Origin: Octopus bimaculoides
Taxonomy: Eukaryota
Length of the DNA stretch: 64,000 nucleotides
Direction: 5' to 3'
Assembly: GCF_001194135.2 (NCBI RefSeq)
Contig: NC_068982.1
Span: forward strand, 86,827,420-86,891,419
In this document: piece by piece, positions 39,281 to 52,000 of the stretch
Layout of the letters: every line of letters starts with the position of its first letter
How positions within the stretch are numbered: position 1 is the first letter of the stretch
Program-made: the position numbers and the translations under genes
The notes under the pieces: model-generated
What the model saw: only the letters and a program-made list of their open reading frames with translations
Database searches by the model: none
Told to the model about the DNA's origin: nothing

Positions 39281-39457
39281 GTATATGTATATATGATTCA
39301 AAATTCAATATGATATTTAACATACCACTTGCTATAAACAGAGCCATCGCTCTAAAACCACAAATTAGTCATTACTAAAATACACACAACTAATGCAATA
39401 AATATAACAGAAATAGGCTTACCTTGCATGGAATAGAGAAGTAAGGAATGCATATAT

Positions 39458-39518
39458 TTCGGGATCAATTGATTTCGCTTTCTGTATGAAAAATCATACT
39501 TAAGCTCATCAGCTGGAC
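39458..39518 (-). ncRNA. Type-I hammerhead ribozyme motif with canonical core, family 4
   Basis: Minus strand CTGATGA GCTT aa GTATGA tttt TCATAC aga AAGC GAA ATCAATTGAT C ccg. Palindromic stem III, AUC triplet, partly mismatched stem I. Confidence 0.75.
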
Positions 39519-39624
39519 CTAATGCTACAACATCTGTTTCTGAAATATTCATCACATTACCCCATGTGCATCCTTACATTTGAATGCCCCCATGACATTC
39601 AAAATGAATATATTGTGAGCTAGT

Positions 39625-39876
39625 ATAATTTTAAATCAAATAGGTTTTACCATTATTAATAATGATAATAATAAAGTGGCTGGCAAGTTTACAACTTTAA
39701 AGGTAAAATATAAACAAAATTCAAAATTCAATAGGGTATTTAACAAGTGGTATGTTAAATACCCTATTGAATTTTGAATTTTGTTCATATTTTACCTTTA
39801 AAGGTATAAACTTGCCAGCCACTTTATTATCCTTATTATTATTAAGGGTAATAATACGTATTTAATTTAAAATTAT
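39625..39876. repeat. Fold-back inverted repeat 4 (~120-nt arms, 7-nt loop)
   Basis: Arms 39625-39745 and 39753-39876. The core matches 39296-39340, which lies downstream of the 39458-39518 hammerhead. Confidence 0.88.
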
Positions 39877-39899
39877 GTATAAGATGAAACTGCTTGGCA

Positions 39900-40195
39900 C
39901 AGATTGACCTTGAGCTCTGCTGTGCTTGCACACTAAGTTTTAACATTATACCTCACTTCTGCTGTTTACAGCAGTGCTTGGAAGATGTGTAGCGTGTGAT
40001 CGTCGCATTGACCATGACAAAGTTGTCGTGGTGATACCTGCTCAGAGGCCTACTCAAAGTTGCAGAAAGTGTATGGAGAGGAGTGTATGAGCCACACACA
40101 AATGTATGAGTGGTTCAGACATTTCCAAGATGGCCGAAAAAATGTCAGTATTGATGAACTTTCTGGGAGACATTCAGCTGTTTGTACATCCATAC
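39900..40195 (+). mobile_element. Mariner 5' fragment
   Basis: SEAYSKLQKVYGEECMSHTQMYEWFRHFQDGRKNVSIDELSGR, a mariner HTH. Confidence 0.75.
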
Positions 40196-41689
40196 CTGCA
40201 GAACTTGTCTCAAACAGGTAATGCCCCACCCCTGTAACTGTCATGGATAGGACTTTTGGGAGTTATCCATAGTCCTCAATTAGAAAGTTCTCCAGAAGAG
40301 ACAGCTTAGACTGTTCTCATTGATGTCCATAGCTATTCCCAGACTATTGTCATTCATACCCTCTGCTAACCCTCTACTGAATGCAGTTATTGTTTCACCA
40401 TTGACAATATTAACAACAGTGGTGTGATTGTGTAGCAACATTCTAGTTGCCAAACACCCAACCTTAGTCTAAACATGGCTCAAATTGCAACTTGTTCAAA
40501 GAGATGAGCCACAAAAAGATGTGTTGCATACTATTTTCTCTTCATTTTCATTGATGTCATCATTTTTTCAATGGTTCAGATATTTTTGCAGGAGTGTTAG
40601 CCTTGGTTCATACCTGTGCATTATCAGTGACAAATTCCAAGAGATCACCATATTATTTTGCTGGAAAGTAGACAGGAATACTATAACCTCTGCATGCTTC
40701 CACACTTTTGCCATCACTCTGGTTTGCTCCTTGTGTATGCAATGTTGTGTTTGATAACCCATATTTTGGGTTAGAAGCTGAGTGACTGTATGATCTACTT
40801 ACTGGTGGTAATAATAGTAATTGTAATAACCAAAATAGCAACAATAATAATAATTTCTGACTTAAATACAAGTCCAGCAAATTAGTGGGAAGAGTTGGTC
40901 AGTTACACTGAACTCTAATACATGACTGGTACTTTATTTTGTCTACCACAAAGAGATGAAAGGCAAAGTTGACCTTGTTGCAATTTCAATTTAGGATATA
41001 AAGAATCAGAAGAGCACATGATAACTGTTTATTCTTCTTCCATCTACCACTGTGGTGTTAAGTTAGAATCATTAGCATATTGGACAAAATGCCTAGCAGC
41101 ATTTCTTCTAGGTTTACATTTTGAGTTCAAAGTCTGCTGAGTTTAACTTTGCCTTCAATCCTTTTGGGGTAGATGAAATAAGTATTAGCTGTACATTGGG
41201 ATTGATGTAACTGACTTACTCCTCCCCACAAAATTTCAGACCTTATGTCTAGAGTAGGAAGGATCCTCATCACCAGCACCACCAGTATCATCATCATCGT
41301 CATCGTCGTCGTTGTCGTCGTCATCATCATCATCATCATCATCATCATCACCATTAGCATCATCATTATTATCATTATCATCATTATTAAGGTGGTGGGT
41401 TGTCAGAGTCATTACCATGCCGAGCAAAATGCTTAACAGCATTTGATCTGTCTTTACATTCTGAGTTCAAATTCCACTGAGCTCAACTTAGCCTTTCATC
41501 TCTTCGGAGTTGATAAAATAAGTACCAATGGAGCGCTGGGGTTGATGTAATTGACTTACCCCTTCCCCTGAACTTTCTGGCCATGAGCCAAAATTTGAAA
41601 CCATTATCATTATCATTATTAACCATTTCCACCATTCTCAAATGAAGAGTTAATAGTATTGAGGGAGATGATGACAATAATATGCAGTT

Positions 41690-42275
41690 TAAAGCTGGAA
41701 AATTCCAAGCCCAACACTATTAGCAGACAAAGTTAAATGTAAGGCAGACAAAAACACTAGACCTGGAGGGATTGCAATTCCAGAATCACAGTCATTGTGT
41801 GACTGGGCATTGATGTAATTATGCATCTTTCCATGTGCATATTACTAAGTTGGCAACGAAATGCAGGCAGCTGACTAGATGGATTCTTAGAACTTTCAGA
41901 ATAAGAGAGCATGGAAGACTTTTGTCCTAAGCTGTCTTGCCTATTGTTCTCAACTATGGTCATGACATAGTGTGAAATTAATAGTGGAACTTGAAGCAGT
42001 CCAGTGAAGTGACACAAAAATAGCCTCAATGCAACAAATTAGCTATTGGGAAAGATTCAAGAAGTTAAAACTTTAGTCTCTGGGTGAAGGCGGGAAAGAT
42101 ATGTAGCAATATACACCTCGAAAGGACTTGTCCTAAACTTTGGTGTTCAAAGTTATACAAATGCCAGAACAGGGTGTCATTGCATAGTGTCAAAAAAATC
42201 CCTCCCCTGCCATCAAAACACAGGACCAGATACTGCAATAGCTTTGGATTCAAGGGCTCACAGAATGAGTAACAG
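41690..42275 (+). mobile_element. CR1/L2-group LINE RT C-terminal fragment
   Basis: HITKLATKCRQLTRWILRTFRIRE, WKTFVLSCLAYCSQLWS, ELEAVQ and SYWERFKKLKL. Confidence 0.75.
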
Positions 42276-42399
42276 ACTTAAAAAGAAAGTACTGTGGTAC
42301 TCCAGTATGGTTGCAGTCCAAATGGCTGAAACAAATAAAAGCTAACAGAAATGATGTATATCTAATTTTTCTTTCTATATGTATGTGGAATGCTGCACC

Positions 42400-43400
42400 T
42401 GAGGTAACCTCTATGCATCATCAAACTCTTTTGTACAGAGTTCTACTCTGATCTTTGGAACTGTGTTACAGTGTGTCCCATCTCTATGGAAAGCACATCT
42501 ATGACCCCGTTAATTATGACCCTATTGAATTTATTTTTAATGTAATGGAGACAGTCATTAATAACCACCAGTACTACTTCTACAACACCAGATCTACTGC
42601 CAGCTACTCTTCTTTGTCACCCAACAGTGGGTTCTAGCCTGGGAGAATTTAGTGAATGTAATGTCACCCTCATCATCAGGAATGCTTTCACTAATGTCTG
42701 GTGCGTGAATCTCCTATTGAAACTTTCTGACTATGAACAACTCCATCCATTTCAACTCTTGGATAAGCAACTTCCAACCTGATTTCATTTGTTGATGGAG
42801 TCCTTGCTGCCTCTCATTCTATCATCTCTGGTATAGCTCAGAGTTTGGTTTGCCACCCCATCCAACAACACATCGCTCTTATGCAGGTGACACTACTCTT
42901 AATTTCTGCCTAATATTTTCCAACCACTTGCAACCTAGGCATCACTCACCAACTCCCTGAACAGAAATCTCAAAAGCATCCTTCAGAGAGATTATGCCAA
43001 CCTTGTCTCTTTTGACAGTGAGTAAACAAAAATGTTACTCATAACAAGAAAATATCATAACACAAATCCCATGTAATCATGACTAGACCTCAGCTACAAT
43101 CCTCAAAATTGCTCAAATTGTTAGGTTTCATTATCACCAAAGATCTATCCTGGTGAAAGCATATCCTTAACATAAGTTAGGATTGCATCTCTATGACCAA
43201 ACTCTACTAGGTCAGAAGATTCTTCAAACTCATAACAATTATTGATTCTACAAATCTCAGGTGAGGATCATAATGGATGATTACGGTACAGTTGCTGCAT
43301 ACACAGACATGCTAGACAACATCTAGGAAAGGCTCACCCAACTGATTAGCATAAAGTCATTTACGAACATGATCTGCCACCTGGCCCAGAGATGCATTGT
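42400..43400 (+). mobile_element. Possible highly decayed PLE-type RT remnant
   Basis: Only faint motif echoes (VMETVINNHQYYF; HPIQQH). Confidence 0.25.
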
Positions 43401-44639
43401 CTCTTCTTTCTACCTTTTCTCCAATATTAATAATGGCCTCTGCTCCTTGGCTAGGTACATGTCACCTCCACTAGGCATTCTTGTCCCATTTGTCTCTCCT
43501 CCTTCAATCATTCTTCTCTTTAACCTTCTAGGCCTTGTACTAATTATTCTCTCAGTCCCTCCCTCTTAAAGTGTCAACCCCACCCAAATTCCCTCCTACT
43601 TTTACCTTTCCTGCAAGGAATGACTTTCAAATGTTCAATAGGAGTATTAATAGTATCAATGTCACTACTTCTTCCCACCCACTGCCCAGCAAATACACAC
43701 ATATATATGTATACAGTTTTACGCGCACGTACACGCGCACACACACACACACATGTATATAATCTTTAACCCTTTTCAGTAATTGGACTGTGGCCATGCT
43801 GGGGCACTACCTTGAAGGGTTTTAGTTAACTGGATTGAACCTAGTACTATTGGTATTTTATGTCATACCATAAAATACCAAGTTGTCAAGTGGAGGTATA
43901 ACACACATTCATGCATACATAAATAGATACACACATACATATACATACATATGTATATATTATATATGTGTATATATGTGTATATGTGTATATATGTATG
44001 TATATATATGTATGTAATGTATGTATATATATATATATGTGTATGTGTGTATGCATGGCTCAATGGTTAAAGCATGAGGCTCACAATCTCATGAGATAGT
44101 GAGTTCGATTCCTGAACAAGGTTGTGTGTTGTGTTCTTGAGCAAGACTATTTCATGTTGCTCCAGTCCACTCAGCTGTAGAGATGAGTTGTGATGTTACT
44201 GGTGCCAAACTGTATCAGCCTTTGACTTCCCTTGGATAACATCAGTGGCATAGAAAGGGGAGGTTACTGCTGGTCTTCCATAAACAGCCTTGCCCGGACT
44301 TGTGCCTTGGAGGGTAACTTTCTAGGTGCATTCTCATGGTCATTCATGATCGAAGGGGCGGGAGGGGGGCTTTACCGTTTTTATATGAATGCACATATAT
44401 ATATATTGGACTTCTTTTAGTTTTTGTCCACCAAATCCACTGAATTAGAGGTTATAGGAGAAACAATTGCCCAAGGTAAGACTGAACCCAAAGCCTTGTA
44501 TGTAGGAAGCAGACTTTTTACCCCACAGTCACCATATCCATCCATCCATCCATCCATCTATCCATCTATCTATCTATCTATCTATCTATATACATGCATA
44601 TAAATATATATTTCTATATAGTGGTTGTGTGGTGAGAAG

Positions 44640-44996
44640 TTGGATCTTTTTTAAAACGGGGGCCACATTTTTCATTAATGTTTTACGTAGTGTTTTTGGT
44701 ACCGAAAGACTTTCAAACTTCGTATACTTATCTATTTTGTGTTATAGAACAGAAAAATATTTTTGTATTTGAATTTATTTCATGTAAAAAATTGTCTTAT
44801 TTCGATAATTTCAACCAATCACTGACAAGTATTCAGTTGTTTACATTTACTCCTTTCGCTGATTAAGCGGTGTAAAGCGTATTTAATTTCCATAGCTTCG
44901 TTTTTCTTTTTTCTTTTTAAATTTGCTGTTTTACCCTAACCCTAACCCTAACCCTATCACCGATAGAATTGTTTCAGAATCGTTTGTTTATGTAGT
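44640..44996 (-). mobile_element. Second copy of the TTAGGG-carrying repeat, inverted relative to 27639-27980
   Basis: (CCCTAA)n at ~44934-44956 and shared ~200-bp body. Confidence 0.6.
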
Positions 44997-46009
44997 NNNN
45001 NNNNNNNNNNNNNNNNNNNNNNNNNNNNNNNNNNNNNNNNNNNNNNNNNNNNNNNNNNNNNNNNNNNNNNNNNNNNNNNNNNNNNNNNNNNNNNNNNNNN
45101 NNNNNNNNNNNNNNNNNNNNNNNNNNNNNNNNNNNNNNNNNNNNNNNNNNNNNNNNNNNNNNNNNNNNNNNNNNNNNNNNNNNNNNNNNNNNNNNNNNNN
45201 NNNNNNNNNNNNNNNNNNNNNNNNNNNNNNNNNNNNNNNNNNNNNNNNNNNNNNNNNNNNNNNNNNNNNNNNNNNNNNNNNNNNNNNNNNNNNNNNNNNN
45301 NNNNNNNNNNNNNNNNNNNNNNNNNNNNNNNNNNNNNNNNNNNNNNNNNNNNNNNNNNNNNNNNNNNNNNNNNNNNNNNNNNNNNNNNNNNNNNNNNNNN
45401 NNNNNNNNNNNNNNNNNNNNNNNNNNNNNNNNNNNNNNNNNNNNNNNNNNNNNNNNNNCACATATGTATGTATGCATATATGTATATATATACTATATAT
45501 ATATATAAAGTAAAATGTAAAAAAGTCAAAGGGAAGAGTAAGTACCGTTAAGCAGGTTTTTAATCACCACAAATGTTTTGATACATACAGATCCTCATAT
45601 ATACAGGATTTAAAGACGAGAATTGTTAGCATACCATAAGAATACTACTGGTTATTTGAGAATTCTAATGGTGAATAAGCTCTATTTGTACTCTTATAGG
45701 TTCTTAACAGAATACACCTCAACTATATATTTATATATATATATGTATGCATGTATGTATATATATATGGGAAAATATACGAAAAAACAACAACAGACGA
45801 GGACAGGTGGTGTAAATAACAAAAGGATGNNNNNNNNNNNNNNNNNNNNNNNNNNNNNNNNNNNNNNNNNNNNNNNNNNNNNNNNNNNNNNNNNNNNNNN
45901 NNNNNNNNNNNNNNNNNNNNNNNNNNNNNNNNNNNNNNNNNNNNNNNNNNNNNNNNNNNNNNNNNNNNNNNNNNNNNTATATATATATATGTATGCATGT
46001 ATGTATATA

Positions 46010-47518
46010 TATCATCATCACCATCATCGTTTAACGTCCGCTTTCCATGCTAGCATGGGTTGGACGATTTTCACTGAGGACTGGTGAACCAGATGGCTAC
46101 ACCAGGCTCCAATCTGATTTGGTAGAGTTTCTACAGCTGGATGCCCTTCCTAACGCCAACCACTCCGAGAGTGTAGTGGGTGCTTTTCCGTGCCACCGGC
46201 ATGAAGGCCAGTCAGGCGGTACTGGCAACGGTCACGCTCAAAAAGGTGTATTTTACGTGTCACCTGCACAGGAGCCTGTCCAGCGGCACTGGCAACGACC
46301 TCGCTTGAATGATTTTCTAATGTGCCACCAGCACAAGTGCTAGAAGGCAATGCTGGGAACGATTATGCTCTAATGGTGCTATTTCCGGGCCACTAGCACA
46401 GAAGCCAAACAGCTACTCTGGCAATGAACATGCTCGACAGTGCTGTTAGTGCTCCACTAGTGTGGTGACTAGTCATAGAGTATGGTTCAATTACGATTTC
46501 ACTTGCCCCAACAGGTCTTCACAAGCAGAGTTTAGTGTCCAATGAAGGAGAGGTTGGCATGCGTGCCAGTCATCGGATTCGGTTCGATTTCGATTTCAGA
46601 TTTCAAATTCCAAATTCACTTGCCTCAACAGGCCTTCGCAAGCAGGGTTTTTAGTGTCCAATGAAGTAAAGATATGGATTAGTGAGCTGGTTACACTTTT
46701 GGCAGAGATCACAGATTATGCTCTCACTTGCCTTGCCAGGTCTTCTCATGTACTGCATATTTCCAAAGGTCCCGTCACTGGTCTTTGCCTTGGTGAGGCC
46801 TAAAGTTCAAAGGTCGTACTTTACCACCTCATCCCAGGTCTTCCTCGGTCTACCTCTTCCACAGGTTCCCTCAACTGCTAGGGTGTGGGACATTTTCACA
46901 GAGCTATCCTCATCCATTCTTGCCACATGGCCATACCAGCGCAATCGTCTCTCTTGCACACCACAACTGATGCTTCTTAGGTCTAACTTTTCTCTCAAGG
47001 TACTTACACTCTGTGGGCTATGCACACTGACATTACACATCCATCGGAGCATACTTACACATTCTGTTGAGTATGTACACTTAGCTTATACATTTATCGG
47101 AGCATACTGGCTTCATTTCTTGCAAGCAAATGCATGTCCTCAGCAGTCACGGCCCATGTTTCACTGCCATGTAGCATGGCTGTTCATACACATGCGTCAT
47201 ACAGTCTGCCTTTTACTCTGACTGAGAGGCCCTTTGTCACCAGCAGAGGTAAGAGCTCTCTAAACTTTGCCCAGGCTATTCATATTCTAGCAGCTACACT
47301 TTCAGCGCACCCTCCCCTGCTACTAACTTGGTCACCTAGATAGCGGAAGCTATCAACTACTTCTAGTTTTTCAGCCTGGAGTGTGGTAAAGGTTGTTTTC
47401 TGCACATTCTCAGTGTTTATTGCTCCTGAGCATTAGCCACATACAAAGACTATCTTGCTAGTTAGCTGTCCTTTGATATTGGTGCACCTCTTATGTGTCC
47501 ATAGCTTACACTGGGTAC
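46010..47518 (-). mobile_element. RTE-clade LINE 3' portion (RT C-terminus + 3'UTR + (GAT)n tail)
   Basis: LEVVDSFRYLGDQVSS...KGRLYDAC..HGSETWAV, MLRWMCNVS...RLRWYGHVARMDED...GRGRPRKTWDEV. Confidence 0.9.
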
Positions 47519-48198
47519 NNNNNNNNNNNNNNNNNNNNNNNNNNNNNNNNNNNNNNNNNNNNNNNNNNNNNNNNNNNNNNNNNNNNNNNNNNNNNNNNNN
47601 NNNNNNNNNNNNNNNNNNTATATATATATGTGTGTGTGTTTGTAGATGAATAATACGTTCATATATATGTATATATATATCTGTATTTTATGTGTAAACA
47701 TGTATGAAATGTATATGTATATATATAGGAAATACTTGATAACAGCTAATATAAATATTTTCCCAAGGAGATGTAACAACACAGTAAAGAATACATTTTC
47801 CATAATTGTAAATCTCATTCACGCTATCGAATCATTCAGTTGTTCTAATATTAAATACTGAGCCATTTTGAAAATAGCTCTCTTCTTTGATCACTCCTCT
47901 CATCATCCAAGCGATTCTCTTATTATTTCCGTTTGCCTATCTAGATAGACAGTCTCTTAGTTTATCTTCACGCCTTCGCCAACTAAGTCCTGTTGATAAT
48001 ACTGTTGTTGTTGAAAGAGGTAATGATAATAGTAGTAGTAGTAGGAGGAGTAGTGATAGTGGTGGTGGTGATGGTGGTGGTGGTGGTGTAACAATAACAA
48101 ATGAAAAAGTACACAAATTTAATAGTCGGTAAATCTCGATAATTTTCGTAGACCAATATTAACTGCCGGCATTTGCCGAACATTCTCGTGAGTTCATA

Positions 48199-48208
48199 CC
48201 ATATATGG
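48199..48208. promoter_or_regulatory. CArG box / serum response element 1 (CCATATATGG) with adjacent Ets site (ACTTCCG 48214-20) and CRE half-site (CGTCA 48232-36)
   Basis: Exact CC(A/T)6GG match ~600 bp upstream of the egr ATG. Confidence 0.75.
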
Positions 48209-48280
48209 GCACCACTTCCGATGTAGTGGAGCGTCATGACCATTGCGGAATTCGTTCGGTAAAGTATGACATTCCTTGTG

Positions 48281-48290
48281 CCATATATGG
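48281..48290. promoter_or_regulatory. CArG box 2 (CCATATATGG)
   Basis: Exact match. CGGAAT at 48246-51 and MCAT-like ACATTCC at 48269-75 lie just upstream. Confidence 0.75.
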
Positions 48291-48546
48291 TAATTTTCGA
48301 GGTAGTACTGCAAAGGTCACGATCTCTAACGTAATTCATAGTGCCTAGTCTTCCCCACAGATTTTTTGAATTTTGTCCTGTTTTGAGATGTGAAATAATA
48401 TTTAGTGAAATAAAGATGATTTCTTTTGGTGGGGAGTAGTCAGGTTATCGCTAGTTAAGAACTGTGCACAATTTTCTAGCGTATGGAAGCTGCTGGTAAC
48501 AAAAGAATTATGACCTATTTTCGTTACTAAACAAGAGATTCCAACA

Positions 48547-48632
48547 TTACGTCACAATATCTCGTTGCTGATTGGCTGTTCACTTCTCCATATTTGGTGT
48601 TTAAGCGTTCATTCATACGCTATAGTATAAAT
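48547..48632 (+). promoter_or_regulatory. egr core promoter: CRE-like TTACGTCA (48547-54), inverted CCAAT (48571-75), CArG 3 CCATATTTGG (48588-97), TATAAAT (48626-32)
   Basis: Motifs read directly, in the order and spacing expected of a TATA promoter ~170 bp upstream of the ATG. Confidence 0.75.
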
Positions 48633-48799
48633 GAACTTTTCATTCATAGATTTTGCCAATAGATCTTGAGAGTCACGTTATGATATGATGTGTAGAAAAA
48701 CGCTGGCAAGCTAAGTTTATTGAGTCGTGGCAAAAGCTTGTGAGTTAAACCGAGATTTTCTTCACTGTATACACAACTAAGGTTATTACCTCAATCGGT

Positions 48800-49013
48800 A
48801 TGATTATGGAAGGCCTGGATACACTAACGCAGGTCGCTCTTGCTGATCAGCTCAGCTTTGATAACTTTCACTCGTCTCCAACTACTTTGAGTAACATCGG
48901 ACGAATACCACCTGAAACTATGGATGATTCTCTTAATACACCCGTCACTACATCATCGGAAACAACATTTTTTGGTTCTGATACATGTGAACCAGTACCC
49001 ATAACTGCTACTG
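48800..49013 (+). CDS. egr1: EGR/Krox zinc-finger transcription factor, coding exon 1 (MIMEGLDTLTQVALADQ...PITAT)
   Basis: ATG downstream of TATA; donor G|GTATGT at 49013/14. Phase 1 matches the exon-2 acceptor (G+CA = Ala), restoring one 601-aa frame. Confidence 0.85.
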
Positions 49014-52000
49014 GTATGTATATTTGTAACTATTTTGTAAAACGTAAAGTTTATTTTAAAACTAGTTCTATGTGATTTTAATCTCGCGTGTATACATGTG
49101 TGTGTGTGTTGTATCTTCTATATTATTTTACATGTACTGTTCATGTGTGTATATTTGTATTTGTGTGAGCGTATCTTCTTCAGTTATTTTACGCGCTTTA
49201 TATGTACATTCGTACTTAAATAAATATAAGCGAGACAAATGTATTTATCATTGTATCTGAGATATTGTTTATAATATTGTGAGTGAAAACAGAAGAACGG
49301 TTAAGATTACGGAGAAGTTTTACGAATCGGTGTTGAAGACAGAAGGACAGAATACTGGAGGAAAGTGACTTGAGTTATTTATTATTACAGACCAGCTGGA
49401 TATGAAGTACGCAGATTTTAAATCATACAAACGTCTGTAAACAATTCTTCCTTAATATTTCCGGGTGGATATTTATTATTAATTAACGAATCTTAAAATT
49501 TGTACGGTTTATACCGACAATATTTATAATATATGAATGTTATTTACAATATACGCAAACAACTACTTCCAGCTCTGTACACACGTCACTTTAAAAATTT
49601 TTCCATTCATCTTTTCATTGAGAACTGCCTACGAGTATCGATCGATAACAGAGTACGCTGATGACTCGAGTTACCATCGTAGTGGATAAAAACAACTGTG
49701 TTAAGACGAAGGAAAGCTCCTAGCTTCGAAGAGAATATATATATATATATATAATATATATGTTATATTATATATATATATATATATATATTTATATAAT
49801 ATATACATATGTATATATAATATATACATATATTTATATTATATATAATATATATAATCTATCTATCTATCTATACATACATATTTTTTTTTAGTGTTGT
49901 CACTATGGATAAACCATCTTGTTTCAGACCTCGTATGTGTGAGATCTGAAACGTATAGTTCCATTCGTAGAAGCAGTATTGTGATATAAATATTCAAACT
50001 GTGACAATGTCTTTATGTACACATCTCTATCTTTCTCTACATATATGCGCGTGTATGTAAATATACTATTATACATTTCATTATGTATCTGTCTCTCTCT
50101 CACACACACTGTGTTTATAATCTATCTCTCTATCTATTTTTTTTCTCTGTCTGTCTGTATGTGTGTATGTATATGTTAAAAATTATTACTATAATCATTT
50201 TTTTTTTAGATACCGAAATCAGAATATGTTAGCTTTTTTTTCAGTCTTGTGGGGATGTTTGAATGTAAAGTGATAAAGAAAAGAATGATGAAATGACATT
50301 TATTTTCGTATGGTGTCCGGTAACATGTGTTGTGTAGTCAGCCGATCTACTTAATTTCGTTTGTACACGTTGTACAAACTTCCAGACAACCATATGGACT
50401 ATCGCTGGAAGTAGTGAGCAGCCTAAATTACTATGGCTACTACTACTATCTCTGTAATGGAATGATATAAAAATCAAAAATAGTTGTATTGATATTATTA
50501 GCTACAACATACGTTTTCTGACGTCTAAATCGAATCAAGATTGGAAAATAAAATTAACGTCAAGCAACCTACTACTACCACTATTTGTAGTAAGTAGTAG
50601 TAGTAGTAGTAGTAGTATGTTAATATTATTATTATTATTTTCATCATCCTCATTATTATTATTATTATTTTATCTATTTATCTTTTGCTTTTCACTTGAT
50701 TTTCACAATTGATTTGTTTTGAAACCATTTGAGACCAAGAATATTTATATTTATCGACCCACGAAGTAATGAACAAAGTAAATAGTCCTCGGCTGTATTT
50801 GGACCAAAAGAAATTAAATTAAACATTGTCGTCCATAGTTTTATTTGTGTGCTTGAAATGTTTGCTTCTAATTTTGGCACAAGGCTAGCAATTGTGGGGG
50901 AGTATGTTAGTCGGTATCATCAACCTCAATTCTTGACTGGTACTTTATTTTATCGATTCCGAAAGAATGAAAAGTAGAGTTGACTTCGCTTAGGTTTGAA
51001 ACCAGAACATATCGAACTGGAAAAAATACGGCATGACATATTGTTCGATGCACTCTAATGATGATTGTGTTTTAAAATAAATATTAGCCTCAGGCAAGAG
51101 AAAAATATTCGATTAAATCGAGCCCAATATTAATTGGTACAATCCCAGAGGTAGGAAAGGCAAAGTAAACCTCAGTAGGATCACATTGGCACTTTGTCGC
51201 ACATCTATAGGGTCGGGTGTGTGTCGCATGAATAAATTCCAGTTTATATCACTGTTACTATTTACTTAGCCGCGGAGGAACGACAGGATTTTAATTCAGA
51301 AAGTAAAGGGAAGAGGTGTAGTTGAATTGACCGATCTCACTACACAACTGGTGTCTGTTTTATCGATCTTAGACGAAAAGTAAACCGATTTGAACACAGG
51401 ACTTAAAGAGACGTAACTAAATACCATAAAGCATTATTTTCAGTACTTTACCAATTCTATCAACGTCCATGTGAAATGTCAGGATAATAACAACCCAATA
51501 TTTATGATAACAATCCTGTTATTAGACAAGCCACGCAAACTGGAAGAAATACAATAACAATTGGGATTGTGCTATAATGAAGTGACTAATAACTGGGAAT
51601 CGAATCGTAATCGCGAACTCGACTCATTGAATCTTTAATGAACAATATCATTTACAAATATAAATAAACAATATTGAAATTAATATAATGTTGCCATAGT
51701 TTATAGATTTTCCTTTTTGGTCTTTTGCCATTTATTATTTGGAGCAGGCAGTAAGAGACAGAAACAGAGATACTGAGATAGAAAGACTGATTGCTATAAT
51801 TAAAAGAAGGAAGTGTTGCTACTGTAGTTGTTAGTGCTATAACTGCTGATGCTGCTCATTACTACTGTAATGACTTAGACTACCGTCAGTTAAGATTCTT
51901 CCATTTCGCATCTACCGAACTGTATTTGGTGGAAAACGAAGAATTTGTTATATTTCGTTATTTGAAGCAAGATCTCTTCTCAAACTCCTCATTTAGCAAT

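Noticed and set aside
49655-49730. CTGATGA followed by an (AT)n tail in the egr intron
   Set aside because: No GAAA with a pairing stem II or III could be found.
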